Position numbers and translations under genes: made by a program. A DNA stretch of 62,855 bases. Origin: Chiloscyllium plagiosum (lineage: Eukaryota). Location: positions 42,385,024-42,447,878 of the forward strand of contig NC_057728.1 in the NCBI RefSeq assembly GCF_004010195.1. Reading direction: 5' to 3'. Positions 36,740-58,255 of the stretch are shown one piece after another (position 1 is the stretch's first letter; each line of letters opens with the position of its first letter). The notes beneath the pieces were generated by a model. The model was not told the origin of the DNA and did not search any database. It saw nothing but the letters and a program-made list of their open reading frames with translations.

Positions 36740-38442
36740 TATAAAATAGAAACAGGATAGACCATTTGGCTCCTGAGGTCTGATTTGCCATTCAGTAAGA
36801 TCATGACGACTGGTCTGTTTTGTTTCAAATTCCACATTTCTGTCTCCCCTGATTTTTAAGCCTTGATTTCCCCAATCTAACAAGAATCTGCCAAACTGTC
36901 TTAAAAATATTCAACGACCCTGCCTCAACTACCTTTTCTATTTTGAAGTCGTACAAACTTTTGTCGAGCCATTCACAATTATCAGGAGTCACCCTGTCAG
37001 GACAACTAACTTTAAAACAATGCCGTCTTTTCCCTCTCCACCTTGTCGAGACCATTCAGAATCTAGGAAACTTTAACCAAGTTGCCTGTCTTCTCTAAAC
37101 TCCAATGGAAACAAGCTCAGCCCGTTCAATGTCTCAAGACCACCCCCTTTACCTAGTAAACCTCTGCTAAACTACTTCAAATATATTATACATCTTTCCT
37201 TGAATAAGAAGACTAAATCAGCACATACTTCAAGATGTATAACTGAAGTGTAACGTCTTTACGAGAGAAATTGAATGTAAATGTGATAAAGGATAACCAC
37301 ATTAGTTGCCTTGTTTTTTTTTAAACAAGCTGTACCTCTGTGTTGATGTTATGGAACTTGTACCAGAATACGTATTCCTCTCACAGTTCAGAAGTCTGCA
37401 CTTGTTCAAGTAATTCTGTTTTTGTCCTGTCAAAGTGAACAACATACTCTAATCTGCCAAATTTTTTTCAGCCTTCCTGTGTTGCCTTTGAAATGTATTT
37501 GCCTAGCTTTCTTGGTGTCATGTATGAATTTATCTACTATGCTTTTGCTTTTCTCATCTAAGTCATTGATGTAAATTTGTTTTTAAAACAAAAAATTGAG
37601 GCCTTGTCTCATATCCCTGTAAGACTCCACTATCGGACATCCTGCCAATGACCCACTTGTGCATACGTTTTTCTACCACCCAAACAACCTTCTGTCAATG
37701 CTACTATGTTACTCTCCATCAGATTTTATTTTCTGTAGTAAACTTTGTGGTGCTTTTTTTTTAAAATCAAAAGCCTTGTGGCAATTTAGAACCGTACATT
37801 TTATAGGCTCCTCTTCATCCACAGCATATTATTCCTTCATGGAGTTCCAATAAGTTTGTGATTTTCCCTTTTGAAGCCATGCTGATATTCCTAATTTACC
37901 TTGAAATTTTGTGTGCAGCTCTCAATTGATTCCAACACTTTATTTGCTGGTATGATAATATCACAAAGTGGAAAGGAGAATGTAATTTTGGTAAAATCCT
38001 TTCATGAGACAAATGGTAGAGCAAACAGATTGACATGCAAGCTGATCAATGTTTGGATCCAGATAGATTTCATCTTAAGCGCTTAAAAAGAGAAGTGACT
38101 CTTGAGGTAGTGGATGCATTGGTGTTAATTTTTCACAATTCCATAGAGTCGGGAAATGTTGCATCAAGCTAGAAAGTAGCAACTATAACCCACTCGATTC
38201 AGAAAGGGTCGGAAGACCCAGTATGGGAAGCTATAGGCCAGTTAGTTTGATGCTATTGTGAAAGTGTTGGAATCAATTGAGAGCCGCACACAAAAATTCA
38301 AGGTAAATTAGGAATATCAGCATGGCTTCAAAAGGGAAAATCACAAACTTATTGGAACTCCATGAAGGAATAATATGCTGTGGATGAAGAGGAGCCTATA
38401 AAATGTACGGTTCTAAATTGCCACAAGGCTTTTGATTTTTAA
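36740..38442 (-). mobile_element. Old degenerate CR1 with an internal inversion and inverted duplication
   Basis: CR1 3' features on the - strand; RT motif YRPVSL on the + strand at ~38230. Confidence 0.65.
37763..38439. repeat. 179-bp inverted repeat (37763-37941 / 38261-38439), 319-bp spacer
   Basis: Arms are reverse complements; I counted about 2 mismatches by eye. Confidence 0.9.
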
Positions 38443-39079
38443 TGATATGATTGCTTGAGAGCATGGGCATCATTAACAAAGAACAGGTCAGTTATGTTGT
38501 GTTAAATGAATTGTAAGGCTCTTTATGGTGCATTTTTAGATTTAAAAATAAACAGCATGTACCATTTAGATGGGCTGACCTCTTCATGCCCAGGATGAAG
38601 AGGATGATTACTTGCATGCTGTGGGACAAAATGTTCTGTTCAAGGACCCTGACATTTGTATCAATATCAGGAAGAGTTTCACTTTTTTTGTAATAAAACG
38701 TTCTAATTGCAATGTCAAACAAAGGATTTAACTTTGAGGGCAGGATCTGGTGACAGATGTGTCCTTTGCTATTCTGCTATCCCTGTGCCTGTAGATAAGG
38801 CCTCTCCCTGAAACTGCAGTTGATAACATTAACTCAGAAGGTTTTTGGGGCACGGGGAGAGGAGAGGAGTGTTTGATGATAGATCCTGAAATACATCCTT
38901 AGTAAAGCTGAATGAGGTATGTTGCAATGTTCAAATCACTTTGCCCCGGAGGAAAGACTCCACCTCGACTTGACATTTTGTGTATAATCGTTCCTCTACC
39001 CCCCCATTCCTGAGGAGGGATGGTGTCAGGCTTGCTGCGCTCTTCCAGCTCTTGCTTGTCTACTTTGGATTCTTGTTGG

Positions 39080-39817
39080 CGTTTAATTCAGATAAATGTG
39101 AGGTGTTCCACTTTGGGAAAGCAAATCTTAGCAGGACTTATACACTTAATGGTAAGGTCCTAGGGAGTGTTGCAGAGCAAAGAGACCTTGGAGTGCAGAT
39201 TCAAAGCTCCTTGACAGTGGAGTCGCAGGTAAATAGAATAGTGAAGATGGCATTTGGTATGCTTTCCCGTATTGGTCAGAGTATTGAGTACATAAGTTGG
39301 GAGGTCATGTTGCAGCTGTACAGGACATTGGTTAGGCCACTGTTGGAATATTGTATCCAATTCTGGTCTCCTTCCTGTCGGGAGGATTTGAGCTACAGGG
39401 AGAGGTTGGATAGGCTACAGCTGTTTTCCCTGGAGCTTTGGAGGCTGAGGGGTGACCTTATCGAGGTTTATAAAATCATGAGGGGCGTGGATATGATAAA
39501 CAGACTGTCTTTTCCTCGAGTCCAGAACTAGAGGGCATAGGTTTAGGGTGAGAGGGAAAGATATAAAAGAGACCTAAGGGGCAATATTTTCATGCAGAGG
39601 GTGGTACGTGTATGGAATGAGCTGCCAGAGGAAATGGTGGAGGCTAGTATAACTGCAACATTTAAAACATATTTGGAAGAGTATATGAATAGGAAGGGTT
39701 TGGAGGGATATGGGCCAGGTGCTGGCAGGTAGGACTAGATTGGGTTAGGATATCTGGTCAGCATGGACGAGTTGGACCAAAGGCTCAGTTTCTGTGCTGT
39801 ACATCTCTATGATTCTA
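39080..39817 (+). mobile_element. CR1 (HER1-like) LINE 3' fragment
   Basis: FNSDKCEVFHFG...QRDLGV...RPLLEYCIQFWSP; CTCTATGATTCTAT tail. Confidence 0.9.
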
Positions 39818-39979
39818 TTTGCAGACTTTTGTAAAAGCATGGTGCAAAATAAATTACATGGTGGCATCACCTACAATGCGGATGATCACATTTCTAAAAC
39901 TGAATGTGAAGGTCAGTTGACGTTTGGCTCAAAAAATCAAGATTCCAAACCTAGTGTGTCTAGAGTCCACTGTTGAATA

Positions 39980-40138
39980 CAGAGAAACCTTGATTAAATG
40001 GCATTCAATTATCTGAATTTCGGATTATCTGGCAAGATCGCAATGTCCTGATGCTTGGCTAAACTGTGTTATCCAGTATTCGATTGCCCGAACGAAATAC
40101 TCCCTGCCTGTGTTGTTCAGAAAATCAAGGTTCCTCTG
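39980..40138. mobile_element. Tc1/mariner-pogo type MITE
   Basis: TIR CAGAGAAACCTTGATT / AATCAAGGTTCCTCTG, flanked by TA on both sides; second copy at 54373-54516. Confidence 0.8.
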
Positions 40139-40439
40139 TACATGGATGCCCGTTGTAAACTAAAACAGATTTTCTAAGTCTGCAATGGAGTTGCAGCAAA
40201 AATGATATTTCATCTGTATTCAAAATTCAAAAGTTATGGAACAGGAAACATGGCAATCATCTCCTCAATTGGTGTCAACATAGTGGGGTCTTACGGTGCA
40301 ATGGCATATAAACCATCTGAGAGGCCAGAGCATCCAGGTTCAAGTCCCATCTGCCTGGGAGGTGTGCCATATCATGTCCAGCAGATTGATAAAGTAACTG
40401 GGAATCCTAGCAACATATCTGGCTGCCTTTGCAACCCTT

Positions 40440-41052
40440 GCTTATCTCAGAGTCAGTGTATTGTGTATAGGAATTGGGAGGTCATGTTGCAGCATAAACA
40501 CATAAATTGGGCGACTTTCTGAATACTGTGTTCAATTTTGGTCTCCCTGCTATCGGGAGGATGTTGTGAAACTTGAAAGGGTTCAGAAAAGATTTACAAG
40601 GATGTTGCCAGGTTTGGAGGTTTGAGCTATCGGGAGAGGCTGAATAGGCTGGGGCTGTTTTCGCTGGAGTGTTGGAGGCTGAGGGGTAACCTTATAGAGG
40701 TTTATAAAATCATGAGGGCCATGTTTAGAGTAAATAGACAAAAGTCTTTTTTCCCAGGGTGAAGTACTCCAAGAGGGCATTGGATTAAGGTGAGAGGGGA
40801 ATGATTTAAAAGGGATCTAAGGGATAACGTTTTCACATAGAGGATGGTGCATGAATGGAATGAGATGCCAGAGGAAGTGGTGGAGGCTGGTACCATTACA
40901 ACATTTTAAAAGGCAACTGGTTGGGTATATGAATAGGAAGGGGTTAGAGGGATATGCTGGCAAATGGGAATAGATCAGTTTAGGATATCGGGTCAGCATG
41001 GATGAGTTGGACCGAAGGGTCTGTTTCCATGCTGTACATCTCTGAGTCTATG
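40440..41052 (+). mobile_element. CR1 LINE 3' fragment
   Basis: Same family as 39080-39817, with tail. Confidence 0.85.
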
Positions 41053-41809
41053 TCAGACATAAACCCCCACCCAACCTGTATGCCACAATTCCAGGGATGA
41101 AAATTATTACTTGCTCTAAACTTTTTGTAACTGAAAATCTCTTAATTGTTGAGCACATCTAATCTTCCAGCTTAAACAATGTACAAATTGATTAATTTTA
41201 TAACTATTTTGACTGTTGGTGCGTGCTGTCTCTTTCAGTTGCCCTTGTGCTCAAATCTTCTTATAACAAAGTTTCAAAGTGAGATATCTTGTATAATATG
41301 AATAAATTTTGTAAATCTGGCAGATGGTAACTAGGTCAGGGTTCTAACATTTTCTGTCTTGGTTGTCCTTTCCAGTCCTGTTGCAAAAACTCCCTCTCCA
41401 AACTAATCACCAGAATTTTTTTTCCCAAGAACATGTTATCCCTGAAATCACCAATTTTGTTTTAATTGCAAATTTTCCTTTTTCTTTAGGATGGGAGTAA
41501 AGTTGTGAAATATAACAGCTTTTTGTGGAAATTGAATGCTGACTAAATACAAAAATTGCTACCCATGGTGTCAAACTTTCCACTCTCTTGTCAACCACCT
41601 TTTAGCATTCCTTTTAAAAAAAAATTCAATGAATACATTTTGAATTTTCAGTGCGGCTATGTTTTTTTGATTAGATTTTATTCTGAACTGACGTTGCATG
41701 GCATGTTCTTAGAAGTACAGCTAAGCTAGCTTTGTTTGCCACAAACTAATCAATGGGAACATTCCTTGGCCATCAAGTCCTGCTGTGTATTCAACCTTAA
41801 AGCTTCTGA

Positions 41810-42147
41810 TAGGGATATATAAAATTGAGGGATAGATAGATAGGGTGGCTAGTTGGAGTCATTTCCCAGGGTAGAAATGTCAAATATCAGGGAGCATAGT
41901 TTTAGGTGAGACGGGGAAAGTATTCAAAGGAGATGTGCGAGGCAAATTTTTGAGGTTGGTGGTGCCTGGCATGCACTGCCAGGAGGTGATAGAAACAGGT
42001 ACAGTAGCAGCATTGGAGACGTTTAGTCACATCCATGAACAGGTAAGGAATAGAGGGAATGCAGGCAGATTGGATTAGTTTACATTGGCATCATGGTTGG
42101 CACAGGCATGATGGGCTGAAGGGCCTGTCCTGTTCTGTTCTGTTCTA
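41810..42147 (+). mobile_element. CR1 3' tail
   Basis: GGGCTGAAGGGCCTGT...(TGTTC)n TATG. Confidence 0.7.
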
Positions 42148-42254
42148 TGTACTGGCCCAGAGACAAGGATTTCCCAAATCAAAGCTTGCCCTTAAAGGGG
42201 AAAGCGTTGCTGCTGTGTAGGAGCAATTTTTCTCAAATGGGGAAGATGCTTAGG

Positions 42255-42400
42255 AGAGAAAATTTAACATTTCGGATCCGTTCTGATGAAGGGTCACTGC
42301 ATTCAAAACAAAAAAAATTAACTTTGCTTTCATCCCACAGATGCTGAGTTTGCCAGCAATTTCTGTTTTTATTTCTGATTTCTAGTATTCACAGTTCTTT
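42255..42400 (+). mobile_element. Old hammerhead-repeat remnant
   Basis: GTT-CTGATGA-AGGGTC...AAAAC...TTAACT...CACAGATGCTG. Confidence 0.5.
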
Positions 42401-42442
42401 GATTATAACATTTCACATTACTGGTTGACTGTCAGAACAGGG

Positions 42443-42951
42443 TGTCGGGGATTGGGATGAATATATTCATCTTAAGACTCACTTGTATCGATCCGAATGA
42501 AACAAAATGACTCACACCACACAAGCCTTGAGTTATTGACTTGTTTATTAGTGAGCTCACGGGGAGAGACAAGTCGACCTAATGGTCACAAGTCACTCCG
42601 ACGAGATACAGACTTGTGTGGTTATATAGGTTACAATCATTTAACAATTAGCAAACTATTAATTGAACTATAATGAGTAAGTGGGCAATTGGCTCAGTCA
42701 CTAGCCCCAGTCACGTAGCTGTCTGGACAGTGCTGGTTAGTGGTTGACAAGCAATGTTAGTATTACAATGGATTCTTGTAAAAGAAGAACATTCCCATGA
42801 TGTGAAAGAGTTCGCTGTCAAGTGCTTGTACAGCTAGAAGGGCAACTACCTCACTGTGCCTTGGAACGTACAAGCAGACACTAAAATGAAAATTAAAATG
42901 GATTCCAGGCTTTAATAGGTGACAAAATGGCTGCATAACAAATCTCCCACA
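42443..42951 (-). mobile_element. Solo LTR (509 bp)
   Basis: TG...CA ends with an imperfect terminal IR; flanks CAGGG/CAGGT; on the - strand CCAAT (42688-42692), TATATAA (42622-42628) and AATAAA (42544-42549) lie in U3-R-U5 order. Confidence 0.7.
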
Positions 42952-43279
42952 CAGGTTAAACATGTATAGTGGGGTTGGCATGAAAAGGAATATCTGTCAA
43001 AAGGTGGAAGGCAGAAGAGGTGGTAATGACTAGAATAAATGACACAAAGTACGTCTAGGATGGTGTAAATGGAACTGGTAGAATCATTATCAATCATTGA
43101 TCTCTGAAGAAATTGGGACAGAGGTCATAAGCTGCAAATTGCTGAAGCTAGTGTTTCCCCAGCATTTCATCTTTCATAGAATCCAATCATAGAATCGCTA
43201 CAGTGTGGAAGCAGGTCATTTAGCCCATTGAATCCACACCAACCCTCCAAAGAGCAACCCACCCAGTATAGCACAGGTA

Positions 43280-44430
43280 TAGAACGTAGAACAATACAGC
43301 ACAGAACAGGCCCTTCAGCCCACGATATTGTGCCGACCATTGATCCTCATGTAAGGTAAACCTAAATGTACGAACCCTCAAATTTCTGTGACCATGTGCA
43401 TGTCCAGCAGTCTCTTAAATATCCCCAATGACCTCCTCTATACTTTCTGCCAAACAGCTTAAAACTATGACCCCTCGTGTTAACAATTTCTGCCCTGGGA
43501 AAAAGTCTCTGGCTATCAACTCTATTTATGCTTCTCAAGATCTTGTACACCTCAATGAGGTCCCCTCTCTTTCTTTTTTCCAATGAAAAAAGTCCAAGCT
43601 CAGTCAACCTCTCTTTGTAAGATAAGGCCTCCATTCCAGGCAGCATTCTGGTAAACCTCCTCTGAACCCTCTCCAAAGCATCCACATCTTTCCTATAATA
43701 GGATGACCAGAACTGGACACAGTATTCCAAGTGCGGTCTAATGAAAGTTTTATAGAGCTGCAACAAGATCTCATGGCTCTTAAACTCAATCCCCCTGTTA
43801 ATGAAAGCCAAAACACCATNNNNNNNNNNNNNNNNNNNNNNNNNNNNNNNNNNNNNNNNNNNNNNNNNNNNNNNNNNNNNNNNNNNNNNNNNNNNNNNNN
43901 NNNNNNNNNNNNNNNNNNNNNNNNNNNNNNNNNNNNNNNNNNNNNNNNNNNNNNNNNNNNNNNNNNNNNNNNNNNNNNNNNNNNNNNNNNNNNNNNNNNN
44001 NNNNNNNNNNNNNNNNNNNNNNNNNNNNNNNNNNNNNNNNNNNNNNNNNNNNNNNNNNNNNNNNNNNNNNNNNNNNNNNNNNNNNGTATTCCAAGTGCGG
44101 TCTAACCAAAGTTTTATAGAGCTGCAACAAGATCTCATGGCTCTTAAACTCAATCCCCCTGTTAATGAAAGCCAAAACACCATATGCTTTCTTAACAACC
44201 CTGTCCACCTAGGTGGCAACTTTAAGGGATCTATGTACCTGCACACCAAGATCCCACTGTTCCTCCACACTGCCAAGAATCCTGTCTTTAATCCTGTACT
44301 CAACTTTCAAGTTCAACCTTCCAAAATGCATCACTTCACATTTATCCAGGTTGAACTCCATCTGTCACCTCAGCCCATCTCTGCATCCTGTCAATGTCAC
44401 GCTGCAGCCTATAACAGTCCTCTATACTGT
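43280..44430 (-). mobile_element. CR1 LINE 3' fragment spanning the assembly gap
   Basis: GVLAFINRGIEFKS...[12 protein letters not shown]...LERVQRRFTRMLPG. Confidence 0.9.
43820..44085. other. Assembly gap (266 N)
   Basis: Run of N. Confidence 1.
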
Positions 44431-45045
44431 TTGGTCAGGGTGAATCATCGAACCCAGAACAGACCTGACCCAGTTGGTGATGACTTTAGACAGGAATTTA
44501 AGATCCATATTCAACAGTGAAATTGGTATTTAATTTCTAAGTTCCTCCCTGTCCCCCCTTGTACATGAGGATGATGATATCTTTCCTCATGGATTCACAC
44601 ATGCTACCTGCTAGAAGCGTATTGTCATACACCTCCAGATCCTGGCCAATCAAGTCCCAAAGTGCTGAAAACAACTCAACCCATCACCTGTCACTTCCAG
44701 GAATTTTATTCTTTTCAAAGGATTCAAGGGCTTTGGTCAGCTCCTTCAAAAATAACAGGTGTTCCAGCCTCACCTGCTTGCTGTCGTCTAAGACCTGTTG
44801 TAATATCGTAGCCTCCCAATCTTTCCTATCTTCCATCTGTGGGCTTCATATCATTCAGCCTGGCATTAAAGGATTTGCTGATCCTCAGGATGTCAAACTG
44901 AGATGACATTACTGAGCCATTTTCTTCCTTCAGGCTGCTAATTACAGAGCACATCTCATCCTGCTTCATGCTGCAGACCCTGGATCTGAAGATTATCTCC
45001 AAGATAACTGGAGGCCTCCAAGGCAAAGAGCGACACTTGCTGGGT
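44430..45045 (-). mobile_element. Tx1/L1-clade LINE RT fragment
   Basis: - strand reads ELTKALESFEKNKIPGSD...LWDLIGQDL...PISLLNMDLKFLSKVI...IHPDQ, with stops. Confidence 0.75.
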
Positions 45046-45099
45046 ATTCACCTCCGGAAGATCCTCCTTGACACATTATTACACATCTCTGAAGCACAC

Positions 45100-45650
45100 A
45101 TCTATTTTGTGGGGTAACACAGACTTAAGACACTCTACACTCACTACACACACATACACACTCTCTCACACTCACAACCCCCAACCCAGACACACACACA
45201 AAGACCCACATGCACACATATATTTTGTGGGGTGAATTTGTACTTGTAAAGTTACATTGTACTTTGGTCAAAAACTGCACGAATTCATGTATAACTCTGT
45301 TATCTCACTTTTTAGATTAGAACTAATCTAAACATCATGGCATAGACAGAGAACACAGGCCTAACCTGAGAATGTAACTTTTAAAAAAAAAGTTTTGTGA
45401 TTTACACACGAAAGAAGTGAAACTATCATGGTATTCGAACAGATGAAAGACTCAACAGACAATCAAGGTATTTTTCAATGTACAATTTCAATTACATCAC
45501 ATTGTAAATTTTTGCTATAAATCATGTGCCTTAGAATTGTATCCTCCACAACCACCTGATGAAGTGCTAGTGCTTCCAATTAAACCTGTTGGACTATAAC
45601 CTGGTGTTGTGTGATTTTTAACTTTGTACAACACCGGCATCTCCAAATCT
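45100..45650 (+). mobile_element. Penelope-type pLTR/3' region with deleted hammerhead (CACCTGATGAAG..GCTAGTG)
   Basis: 45510-45650 aligns by eye with 48520-48650. Confidence 0.65.
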
Positions 45651-45966
45651 GAAGCAAGTGGGATTTGAACTAAATATTTGGCTCCATTGAAGATGACAGT
45701 AGCATAAATGTTTCGAAAGCACATTCACTACCTCTGTCTTAGTCTGTTACAGAAGTGGGAAGTCATTATAAACAGACGATATAGCGTTAAAACCTCAGGT
45801 CGTTGTCTAATAGTAAGATTGTAACTGATGTGATTCTATCTCCAGCCCATTGATTGACAGTTCCAGCTCCCAGGGCTCACCCAAAGGCCGTCGCAAAATG
45901 AGTTACGTAAAGTGGACGAGCGTCGCAAAACAGCTCTTGATTTGGTGGGTCGGAAACCCCGTTCGT

Positions 45967-45973
45967 TCTTTTT
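45967..45973 (+). promoter_or_regulatory. RPS16: TCT initiator / 5'TOP tract of RPS16 (TCTTTTT, predicted +1 = C45968)
   Basis: Matches the YC+1TYTYY motif of ribosomal-protein genes; lies in a CpG-rich stretch (~45880-46620). Confidence 0.75.
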
Positions 45974-45999
45974 ACAGCAGCTCCGCTCAGCAGAGACGA
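45968..45999 (+). other. RPS16: RPS16 non-coding exon 1 (intron 46000-46100; exon 2 starts at 46101)
   Basis: GTAAGT donor at 46000; TTTTCTTCATTTTAG acceptor ending at 46100, 4 nt before the ATG. Confidence 0.75.
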
Positions 46000-46104
46000 G
46001 TAAGTAGTGGATTGGGGGGGGAAATCGATTGATATTTACCCAGGAGAGAAAAAAGTAATAACCCGCTGCTAATCGGCTCGTGTCGTTTTCTTCATTTTAG
46101 GAAG

Positions 46105-55719
<9,615 letters not shown>

Positions 55720-55740
55720 ATCCTTCAGTTAAATGTGGCA

Positions 55741-55746
55741 AATAAA
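55741..55746 (+). terminator. RPS16: RPS16 polyadenylation signal AATAAA
   Basis: 21 nt after the stop codon, followed by a GT-rich downstream stretch. Confidence 0.85.
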
Positions 55747-56579
55747 TTTGTGACCGTCACGTACTGACTGTTTGGTCTTTCTAAATTGTTGTTTACAGTG
55801 TGGATTAATTGATGATGCATCTCACTATATTGTCTTAATATGCCAGTGATGAAAAAATTTAACTTCACAGAAGAAAGCCATTTCAATGCAGGTTTTAAGA
55901 CTAGCTATCCAATTAAAGTTTGCTTACATTCGTGAAAGTCACATTTTTTAAGTTAATCCTCGGTTTTCTGGTAGGAATCAGAGCAATATTCCTTAAGACA
56001 TTTCTCACTTTAATGTCAATATAAAGGATAAAATACTGTATCATACTTGTACAGTACTGTGCATTCATAGCTGAAACAACCTGCAAACTAAAATACTAGC
56101 TCTTAAATACTGTATAAGCTGAGGGAAAAAACATTGTAGGCTGTGGAGAAAGAGCAGGGATTAGAACTATGTTTAGTTGGATAGCTATTTGAGTGCCAGC
56201 ACAAATTGCTTACTGTCGTTAGAATTGCACAAATGCATTTGTTTGCATTCATTGATGAGCCCTTCCCCTTTTGGTAAAATCCAATATATATTTATGATGC
56301 AAGTATTACAAAGCCATGGGCTGTTTCATGTTTTAAAGTTTCAGGTACTATCAGAAGAATGACAACTTTATGATTACCATGTTAAAAGAACATGCAGTTG
56401 CTGTCCATTTTATGCTGTGTAACTGAGAACGTGTATCCTTCCTGTTGCTCATCTTTTACCCATTTCTGGCTTGTTGTGATATCTTCCATAGATTGGAAGA
56501 ACTGTTTTGATTAGTATTTTTTCTTTTTGATTGGTAATTTTCTCTTTTTGGCCTATACAGTAAACATTCTTTCTTGTAA

Positions 56580-56777
56580 AATGTGGTGCTGGAAAAACAC
56601 AGCAGGCCAGGCAGTATCCGAGGAGCAGGAGAATAGACGTTTCGAGCATAAGCCCTTCTTCAGGCTTATGCCCGAAACGTCGATTCTCCTCCTCGGATGC
56701 TGCCTGGCCTGCTGTGTTTTTCCAGCACCACATTTTTCAACTCTGGTCTCCAGCATCTGCAGTCCTCACTTTCTCCT
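56580..56777. mobile_element. Hammerhead-bearing fold-back element
   Basis: Inverted arms; perfect 14-nt TSD ATTCTTTCTTGTAA at 56566-56579 and 56778-56791. Confidence 0.88.
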
Positions 56778-56879
56778 ATTCTTTCTTGTAACTTCACTAA
56801 ATTTCCATCTGCTGAATGCTGTCAGTCCACTTAATGGCTGACTTTTGAAACTGGATTTTTGGCCTGTAGCTGATAGTCT

Positions 56880-57660
56880 TGTATCACTTCTGTTTCTTTC
56901 ACTGGGACATATTTAGGTTCTGCTCAGATATTTCTTCAGATAAAGCCAGTTGTAATGCCTGTTTGAAGTCCAGTGAGCTTCAGATAGTAGGTTCTTTTTG
57001 ATGGTTACATTATGAATCCCACATACCAAATGGTCTCTCAGTATCTCATTAAAGATTAAACCAAAGTAACATGCCTCTGCCAGTTGTCTTAACCTAATCA
57101 AAAATCTCAATTATGGATTCCTCGGTTCTTGAATTTATGAGAAAAACTAATAGCTTCTCGAAATAGAAGAGGCTTGGGATCGTAATATGCCTTAACTAAA
57201 TCCGTTCACTTTTGAAAGGTTTTAGAAAGTAGTGCCTCAGCGCAAGCTAGACACCCAACAACTGACAAAACTGTAGGTCCACCACCAGTCTGAAGAATTA
57301 CTCAGTGCTTTTTATCTGCCCCATTATCATTTGCCCAAATGAGTCAAGCTTCTGAAATAATTGCATGAAGCCAGAAATGTTTTCCCCAATTCAAAGACTA
57401 CTGTTGTGAGTGAATTTCTTCAGGAGTTCTCTCGCCACCATTTAAATAACTACAGAAGCAAGTATCCCATCACCAAGTCATTGCTATATTTACATATGGA
57501 GAGTCATTGACACTGATCCATCTTTAAAGTGCACAGAATGTCTGACACTCCTTATCTGTCAGCCAGGGCTCCCAGTTTGGAGCTGATTAACAGCCCCTAT
57601 CTGGCAACTTAGTATTCTATGAAGTCCACTTGGCTGACCTTGTTACAATCACGGCACACT
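56880..57660 (-). mobile_element. Gypsy remnant: probable LTR, PBS-like TGGTGGCGAG (57431-57440) and gag fragment
   Basis: FLIRLRQLAEACYFG..NEILRDHLVCGI is a Gypsy gag-like motif; boundaries approximate. Confidence 0.6.
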
Positions 57661-57800
57661 TATACTCCAACCCCCTTGAAAAAGGGCCAACATTACATTA
57701 GCTCTCCTTATCTTGACAGGGGCCACTTTTTGGTTAAAGAGCTACTGGTAGGTCTAAGTGGGCCTAGGTGAATACTGGGCTTTGTTGAGTCTGAGTAGTG

Positions 57801-57961
57801 GGAGAAAGTGAGGACTGCAGATGCTGGGGATCAGAGCTTAAAAATGTGTTGCTGGAAAAGCGCAGCAGGTCAGGCAGCATTAAAGGAGCAGGAGAATCGA
57901 CTCTTCGGGCATAAGCCTGAAGAAGGGTTTATGCTGGAAATGTCGATTCTCCTTGTCCTTT
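57801..57961. mobile_element. Hammerhead-bearing fold-back element with short second arm
   Basis: Junction GGGCATAAGCCTGAAGAAGGG; 16-nt TSD with 2 mismatches at 57785-57800 / 57962-57977. Confidence 0.82.
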
Positions 57962-58052
57962 TTGAGTCCGAGCAGTGTCAAAATAAGACCTTTAATCGCC
58001 TAAATCCACTAGTTGCTAAAGGGACACCGAGTCAATGGCCTAATGGTATTAT

Positions 58053-58255
58053 GAAAAAGTGAGGACTGCAGATGCTGGAGATCAGAGCTGAAAAATATGT
58101 TGCTGGAAAAGCGCAGCAGGTCAGGCAGCATCCAAGGAGCAGGAGAGTCGATGTTTCGGGCATAAGCCTGAAGAAGGGCTTACGCCCGAAACGTCGATTC
58201 TCCTCCTTGGATGCTGCCTGACCTGCTGTGCTTTTCCAGCAACACATTTTTCAGC
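58053..58255. mobile_element. Hammerhead-bearing fold-back element
   Basis: CTGAAGA(58168)-A-GGGC-TTAC-GCCC-GAAA-CG-TC(58195); perfect 14-nt TSD CCTAATGGTATTAT at 58039-58052 and 58256-58269. Confidence 0.9.

Noticed and set aside
43362..44520. Long ORFs (up to 313 aa) in the ORF track
   Set aside because: They run through the N gap and consist of CR1 sequence.
57801..58255. Two adjacent similar repeats as a CRISPR-like or tandem array
   Set aside because: Eukaryotic context, and each copy has its own distinct TSD, so they are independent insertions.
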